A stretch of DNA of 64,000 nt from Rhodobiaceae bacterium (GTDB lineage: Bacteria > Pseudomonadota > Alphaproteobacteria > Rhizobiales > TMED25): positions 2,463-66,462 of the forward strand of contig JABIEF010000055.1 of NCBI GenBank assembly GCA_018651345.1, read 5' to 3'. The first letter of the stretch is position 1. Every line of letters begins with the position of its first letter. Shown piece by piece: positions 58,594 to 64,000 of this stretch. A model generated the notes under the pieces. It searched no databases, was not told the DNA's origin, and saw nothing but the letters and a program-made list of their open reading frames with translations. The position numbers and the translations under genes are program-made.

Positions 58594-58963
58594 GCTAGAC
58601 AGCCTATAAGCCGGGTTCTGTAAATAAGATTACTCTTATCTGATGGCCATTCATCTAGGAATTATGTTACCATAATCCTCATGCAACCTACCCAGGCAAC
58701 TAATGTGAAGAACACTTAACAAATGTTACGTTACCTCTATTTGGTCTTGCTCCCAGTGGGGTTTACCCTGCCATTACTGTTACCAGTAATGCGGTGCGCT
58801 CTTACCTCACCATTTCACCCTTACCTTAATAATAAAATTATGGCGGTATATTTTCTGTGGCACTTTCCCTAAAGTCTCCTCCGCCGGACGTTATCCGGCA
58901 CTGTTTCTCCATGGAGCCCGGACTTTCCTCTGTATTAATACAGCGACCATCCGGCTATCTAGC
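58594..58963 (-). ncRNA. rnpB: RNase P RNA, bacterial type A
   Basis: The minus-strand read contains GAGGAAAGTCCGGGCTCCA, GGGTGAAATGGTGAGGTAAGAGCGCACCG, GGTAAACCCCACTGGGAGCAAGACCAAATAG and ACAGAACCCGGCTTATAGG. The 5' GCTAGATAGCC pairs with the 3' GGCTGTCTAGC to form P1. Ends are accurate to within a few nt. Confidence 0.92.
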
Positions 58964-58991
58964 AATATTCAATATAATACAATTTATGAAC

Positions 58992-59735
58992 TTAGTCGAG
59001 ATCAAGTTTATTCATATATTTGAATTGACTAAACACATCATGCAACAAGACCTCTGTTTCCAAATCCAAGCAACCATCGATTTTCTTTGGACGCCAATGT
59101 CTCTGAAAAGCTTCTATAATTATTTTTGTTTGATTATCATATACGGAGTTAACGTTGATATTGTAGCCTATAGCTTTTAGATAATTTTGTATTTTTTTTA
59201 TAATTTTAGATTTATCTCCAATATTTGTTATACTTTTATTATCTTCAATCTTTTTATTTGACCAAATTCCTATACCTTGCGCATACAAATCTATCCACGG
59301 AAATAAATTGCCAGGATCTTTTTTTCTTTCAGGGGCTACATCGGAGTGACCCAGAATATTATGCCTAGAAATATTATGCCTATCTATTAAATAGTTAATT
59401 AACTCACATAAGGAACCTATCTGTTTTTTTGGGAAATCCTCCTCTTTACCCAAATTATGTATCTCTATACCAATAGATCGTGAATTAATATCGGTACTAC
59501 CATTCCAAAATGATACTCCCGCATGCCAAGCTCTGTAACTATCATCGACTAACGAAAAAATCGTTCCATCTCTATCTACAACATAATGAGAACTTACTTG
59601 AGATAATTCATTACACAACCACGCACAAGCATCTTCACAAGAACCCTCCATCGCTGTATAGTGGAGCACCAGCATATCAATTTTAGAATTCTTTCTTTGA
59701 TTATAATTTGGTGATTTAAATTTATTAATAAACAT
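58992..59735 (-). CDS. N-acetylmuramoyl-L-alanine amidase (Amidase_2/AmpD-like) with a C-terminal peptidoglycan-binding domain
   Basis: 247 aa with LVLHYTAM, HYVVDRDG, AWHAG, IGIEI and ILGHSDVAP (Zn-amidase pattern). The C-terminal IQNYLKAIGYNINVNSVYDNQT resembles a PG_binding_1 repeat. Confidence 0.8.
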   Translation of the reverse strand: MFINKFKSPNYNQRKNSKIDMLVLHYTAMEGSCEDACAWLCNELSQVSSHYVVDRDGTIFSLVDDSYRAWHAGVSFWNGSTDINSRSIGIEIHNLGKEEDFPKKQIGSLCELINYLIDRHNISRHNILGHSDVAPERKKDPGNLFPWIDLYAQGIGIWSNKKIEDNKSITNIGDKSKIIKKIQNYLKAIGYNINVNSVYDNQTKIIIEAFQRHWRPKKIDGCLDLETEVLLHDVFSQFKYMNKLDLD

Positions 59736-59856
59736 GAATTTTTAATTTTTTCTAAAAAATAAAATATGATTATTAGATTATAATTTTTTATATATAGTTT
59801 TCAAACTATAATTTACATAGACGACAATTATACGGAATCAATAAATAGGAATACAA

Positions 59857-62800
59857 ATGAGATCAGATGAAAGTTTTTGGAATTTTTGGGTCGATAAGGG
59901 TGGCACATTTACAGATATAATTGCAAGGTCACCAAACAATAAAATTTATACAAAAAAAATATTATCTTCAACTTTAGAAAACAATCAGGATCCAATAATA
60001 ACAGGTATAAGAAGTATATTGAGGATCAAAAAAAATACAAATATTCCTATTGATAGAATTAAAAGCATTAACGTAGGAACAACAATAGCTACAAATGCAT
60101 TATTAGAAAACAAAGGTGATAATACCCTACTATTAACAACAGAAGGGTTTGGAGATTCGTTAGAAATTGGCTACCAATCAAGACCTAAATTATTTGATTT
60201 AAATATCAAAAAAAATAAGATGCTATATACGAAAGTTGTAGAGGTTGAAGAACGGATTGATGTAAACGGAAAGATTATTAAAAAATTAGATTTAAAGAAA
60301 GAAAAGCAAAAAATACTGAAAGTATTAAATTCACAAAATTTAGGAATAAAATCGATTGCTATAAATTTAATGCACGCATGGAAATACCCTAATCACGAGA
60401 TACAATTATTAAAACTCTTAAAAGAAATTGGATTCAATGAAGTATCTTCCGGACATGATATTAGCCCGACAATAAAATTCATTAAAAGAGGAGATACCAC
60501 TGTATTAAATGCTTATTTAAGCCCTATAGTTAGCAGAGATATAAGTAACTTAAGACATGCTTTATTCGGTAAATGGGATAAAAAATTAGATAACGAAAAA
60601 TTAAAAATAAATTATATGCAATCAAATGGTGGATTGTCTTCATGGGATCAATATAGAGCAAAAGATTCAATACTATCAGGACCAGCAGGTGGAATAATAG
60701 GTGCAATTTCAACATCCCAAAAATCAGGTTTTAATAAAATAATATCCTTTGATATGGGTGGTACTTCTACAGACGTAGCACATTTTAACAAAAAAATAGA
60801 ACGATCATTCGAAAATGATATTAATGGTATAAGAATACAAATACCAATGTTAGAAATTAATACAATCGCTTCAGGCGGAGGCTCATTGCTTACCCATGAA
60901 ACAGGAAGATTGGTGGTAAGCGAACAGTCAGCTGGATCTTTCCCTGGACCTGCATGCTACAATCTGGGAGGACCTCTTACGGTTACTGACGCAAATCTAA
61001 TATTAGGAAAAATATCAAACAAAAATTTTCCAAAGGTATTTGGTCATAAGGGAAAATCTTCGTTAAATAAAAAAATTACAGTAAAAAAATTTCAAGAATT
61101 AAAAGAAGATTTAAAGCTTAGTATGAGTATCGAGGAAATTGCAGATGGATATATTAATATAGCTATTGAAAAAATGACTCAAGCAATTAAGAAAATATCC
61201 GTTAACAAAGGCCATAATTTAGATAATTATGCAATTGCATCTTTTGGAGGTGCAGGGGGACAGCATGCTTGTTTATTAGCAGAAAACTTAGGAATTAATA
61301 AAATACTCATTCACCCTTTAGGAAGCTTCTTATCAGCGTATGGAATAGGATTTTCTAGTATCAAATATACCGAACAAAAGTCTATCTTATGTGAATTGAA
61401 TGACCATTCATACAAAAGATTGAATAACGAAATACGTTTATCGGAAAATAAAAATTTATTAAAAATTGGTAATAATGATTATAGATCAAATATATCAGTA
61501 TACATAAAATACCAAGATTCAGAAATGCCTATAAGCATAGAATATTCGAATATTAATATAATGAAAGATAACTTCTTGAAGTTACATAAGAAGCAATTTG
61601 GATTTCTATCAGATAAGAAAATTTTTATTGACATGGTAGAGGTTGAAACAGAATTAATAGAAGATAAAAAAATTCATTATCATAAACTTGGCGAAGGCTT
61701 AACCAAAACAGGTGAAACAAATATATTTACTAAAGGTAATTGGCATAAAATAAACATCTATGATTTGCAATCCATTGCACTAAAAGATAAAATTTATGGA
61801 CCCGCATTAATATCTGATAAAAATTCAACTATTGTTATAGAACCAGATTGGACAGCAAAGATTGACTCTACATGTAATCTTATTCTAACAAAAATTAAAA
61901 AAGTTGAAAAATATAAATATAACCCAAAAATCAAATCGCCTATTTTACTAGAAATATTTAATAATCTTTTTATGTCCATTGCCGAACAAATGGGAATCAC
62001 ACTTCAAAAAACATCGATATCAGTAAATATTAAAGAGAGACTTGATTACTCTTGCGCAATATTTGATAAGAAAGGGGATCTAATTGCAAATGCACCACAT
62101 GTGCCCATTCACCTTGGATCGATGGATGATTGTGTTAAAAATATTATAAAAAATAATAAGGAAATATATTCTGGTGACGTATTTTTAATTAACTCCCCTC
62201 AATCAGGAGGAACTCACTTACCTGACTTAACCATAATAACTCCCATATTCTCCAGTAATAAAATTATTTTTTTCCTTGGTAGCCGTGGACACCATTCTGA
62301 CATAGGAGGAATATATCCAGGATCAATGTCACCACTTGCTAAAACTTTAGATGAAGAGGGAGTAGTTTTTCATAATTTTAAGATTATGAAAAAAGGTAAT
62401 TTTAACGAAAAGGAATTATTAGAAATACTAACTTTAACAAAATATCCTGCAAGAAATCCTTTTCTAAATATCGAAGATATTAAAGCACAAATAGCAGCAA
62501 ATACAACCGGATCAACAGAACTGATCAAAGTCATAGGACGTTATGGATTGCCAACACTAGAAGCTTATATGGAATATATAAAATTTAACTCAGAAGAATC
62601 TGTAATTAAAGTAATTAAAGTAATTAAAGATGCTAGCTTTGAAGTGAGCACTGATCATGATTTTAAAATAAAAGTATCGTTAAAAGTAATAAGATCAGAA
62701 AATAGAATAGTTATAGATTTTGATGGGACAAGCAAACAGCAAAACAATAGCTTCAATGCCCCATTGCCAATAACAAAGGCAGTTATTCTATATGTTTTTA

Positions 62801-63465
62801 GATGTTTAATAGATAAAGATATACCTCTTAATTCTGGAATCTTAAAACCTATAACAATTTTAATACCAGAAAACAGTATATTATCTCCAGGTAAGAATGC
62901 TGCTGTATCAGCTGGAAATGTAGAAACAAGCCAGGTAATAGCAAACTGCCTTCTTGGGGCCTTGGGAATTATTGCAGGGTCACAAGGAACTATGAACAAT
63001 ATCGTATTTGGTAATGATAATTCTCACTATTATGAAACAATATGTGGTGGTTCCGGTGCTGGTAAGTATTTTAACGGCACTAGTGCCGTTCAATCAAATA
63101 TGACAAATTCAAAATTAACGGATCCTGAGATTATAGAAAATCAATATCCTGTAGAAATTTTTAATATTTACATAAATCGTAATACTGGTGGAGAAGGACT
63201 TAAAAAAGGTGGAGATGGTATTGTAAAAACCTTCCTATTTCAAAGCCCAATGGAGTGCTCGATTATATCAAATAATCGGATTATTTCTCCTTTTGGTTTA
63301 TGTGGAGGTAAAAATGGAACAATTGGCCAAAACTATCTAATTAGAAAAAATAAAAAGTATAAACTAAGTAGCTGCGAGCAGTTAAAAATAAAGAAAGGAG
63401 ATAAAATTGAGATTACAACACCTTCGGGAGGTGGATATGGTTCGTTAAAGAAGCATGGCCTATAA
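59857..63465 (+). CDS. Fused hydantoinase A/B family protein (ATP-dependent 5-oxoprolinase-type, HyuA-HyuB fusion)
   Basis: 1202 aa. The N-terminal half is hydantoinase/oxoprolinase A-like (VDKGGTFTD, DMGGTSTDV, SFGGAGGQHA). The C-terminal half is hydantoinase B-like (DYSCAIFD, HLGSM, GGTHLPD, GGSGAG). The substrate is not determinable from the sequence. Confidence 0.85.
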   Translation: MRSDESFWNFWVDKGGTFTDIIARSPNNKIYTKKILSSTLENNQDPIITGIRSILRIKKNTNIPIDRIKSINVGTTIATNALLENKGDNTLLLTTEGFGDSLEIGYQSRPKLFDLNIKKNKMLYTKVVEVEERIDVNGKIIKKLDLKKEKQKILKVLNSQNLGIKSIAINLMHAWKYPNHEIQLLKLLKEIGFNEVSSGHDISPTIKFIKRGDTTVLNAYLSPIVSRDISNLRHALFGKWDKKLDNEKLKINYMQSNGGLSSWDQYRAKDSILSGPAGGIIGAISTSQKSGFNKIISFDMGGTSTDVAHFNKKIERSFENDINGIRIQIPMLEINTIASGGGSLLTHETGRLVVSEQSAGSFPGPACYNLGGPLTVTDANLILGKISNKNFPKVFGHKGKSSLNKKITVKKFQELKEDLKLSMSIEEIADGYINIAIEKMTQAIKKISVNKGHNLDNYAIASFGGAGGQHACLLAENLGINKILIHPLGSFLSAYGIGFSSIKYTEQKSILCELNDHSYKRLNNEIRLSENKNLLKIGNNDYRSNISVYIKYQDSEMPISIEYSNINIMKDNFLKLHKKQFGFLSDKKIFIDMVEVETELIEDKKIHYHKLGEGLTKTGETNIFTKGNWHKINIYDLQSIALKDKIYGPALISDKNSTIVIEPDWTAKIDSTCNLILTKIKKVEKYKYNPKIKSPILLEIFNNLFMSIAEQMGITLQKTSISVNIKERLDYSCAIFDKKGDLIANAPHVPIHLGSMDDCVKNIIKNNKEIYSGDVFLINSPQSGGTHLPDLTIITPIFSSNKIIFFLGSRGHHSDIGGIYPGSMSPLAKTLDEEGVVFHNFKIMKKGNFNEKELLEILTLTKYPARNPFLNIEDIKAQIAANTTGSTELIKVIGRYGLPTLEAYMEYIKFNSEESVIKVIKVIKDASFEVSTDHDFKIKVSLKVIRSENRIVIDFDGTSKQQNNSFNAPLPITKAVILYVFRCLIDKDIPLNSGILKPITILIPENSILSPGKNAAVSAGNVETSQVIANCLLGALGIIAGSQGTMNNIVFGNDNSHYYETICGGSGAGKYFNGTSAVQSNMTNSKLTDPEIIENQYPVEIFNIYINRNTGGEGLKKGGDGIVKTFLFQSPMECSIISNNRIISPFGLCGGKNGTIGQNYLIRKNKKYKLSSCEQLKIKKGDKIEITTPSGGGYGSLKKHGL
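62602..62628 (+). repeat. Perfect in-frame tandem repeat (GTAATTAAA x3) inside the oxoprolinase-type gene
   Basis: GTAATTAAAGTAATTAAAGTAATTAAA encodes VIK-VIK-VIK. Confidence 0.9.
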
Positions 63466-64000
63466 CTTATAATCTAGAATGGATTTTAACCACTTATCGG
63501 CACCATCTTCATCCCAGCCTTTTCTCTTTGAATAATCGGTCGCTTGATCACGACCAATTTTACCGACACCAAAATATCTAGAATCTGGATGACTAAAATA
63601 CAAACCAGAGATTGATGATGCGGGAAGCATAGCACAAGATTCTGTTAAAGATATTCCAATATTTTCTTCCGCATTCAAAAGTTTAAATATTGTTATTTTC
63701 TCAGTATGATCTGGTTGAGCAGGGTATCCTGGAGCAGGTCTAATTCCAATATATCCCTCTTTAATTAGATCCTCCTTGCTTAAATTTTCATTTGGACTAT
63801 AGCCCCATAGCTCTCTTCTTACTTTCTCATGCAAAAATTCTGCTCCAGCTTCAGCTAACCTATCTGTTATAGACTTAAGCAATATGATATTATAATCATC
63901 ATTATCTCTTTCAAAATCAAGCATTGGATTATTAACCCCTAAATCAGCAGTAACTGCAAAAGCACCTAAATAATCTATTTTTCCATATTTCTTAGGCTTA
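63460..64000 (-). CDS. metH: Cobalamin-dependent methionine synthase, C-terminal AdoMet-binding reactivation domain (gene continues beyond the window)
   Basis: The translation (RRELWGY, GIRPAPGYPAQPDH, SISGLYFSHPDSRYFGVGKIGRDQ, ...WL) is the MetH activation-domain terminus. The frame stays open upstream of the listed Met to nt 64000. The stop codon overlaps the convergent upstream gene. Confidence 0.9.
   Translation of the reverse strand, partial: KPKKYGKIDYLGAFAVTADLGVNNPMLDFERDNDDYNIILLKSITDRLAEAGAEFLHEKVRRELWGYSPNENLSKEDLIKEGYIGIRPAPGYPAQPDHTEKITIFKLLNAEENIGISLTESCAMLPASSISGLYFSHPDSRYFGVGKIGRDQATDYSKRKGWDEDGADKWLKSILDYKL

Noticed and set aside
58857-59180. 107-aa plus-strand ORF overlapping the region upstream of the amidase
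   Set aside because: Its first third is antisense to RNase P RNA, whose conserved GAGGAAAGTCCGGGCTCC core is unmistakable on the minus strand. The rest is antisense to the amidase gene. It is a spurious ORF.

Overview
This 64-kb window is AT-rich (roughly 30% GC by eye) and very tightly packed, and it looks like core alphaproteobacterial chromosome. The alphaproteobacterial assignment rests on a circularly permuted two-piece tmRNA, an alpha-type SspB, a divergent miaA/serB pair, hflK-hflC-DUF2065-degP, and a dcw cluster followed by lpxC-bamD-recN-ligA. A Pelagibacterales-like streamlined lineage is only an inference, drawn from base composition and from genes whose stop codons overlap.

Gene content from left to right:
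- A four-gene oxidative/hydrolytic operon: ACAD-fold monooxygenase, M24 hydrolase, FMN alpha-hydroxy-acid dehydrogenase and TauD-family dioxygenase.
- The sitABCD-type Mn/Fe ABC importer, preceded by a duplicated promoter/operator module.
- A Gfo/Idh/MocA oxidoreductase, two small hypothetical genes and tRNA-Lys(CUU).
- An ilvB-ilvN-ilvC-leuA string ending in a divergent, biotin-domain-less OadA/PycB-like carboxyltransferase.
- miaA/serB, degP, hflKC, folA-thyA, then tmRNA followed by sspB.
- fumC with a translationally coupled RHH protein, a ClC channel, uvrD, prmA, an unlisted DUF1127 mini-ORF and pepP.
- A long minus-strand block: ligA-recN-bamD-lpxC-ftsZAQ-ddl-murBCG-ftsW-murD-mraY-murFE-ftsI-ftsL-rsmH-mraZ.
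- RNase P RNA directly upstream of mraZ, an AmpD-like amidase, a 1202-aa fused 5-oxoprolinase/hydantoinase and the 3' end of metH.

I found no mobile elements, CRISPR arrays, defence genes or toxin-antitoxin pairs, and no convincing evidence for a new multi-gene system. The findings are therefore moderate-interest regulatory, RNA and enzyme-context observations, and I have scored them accordingly.
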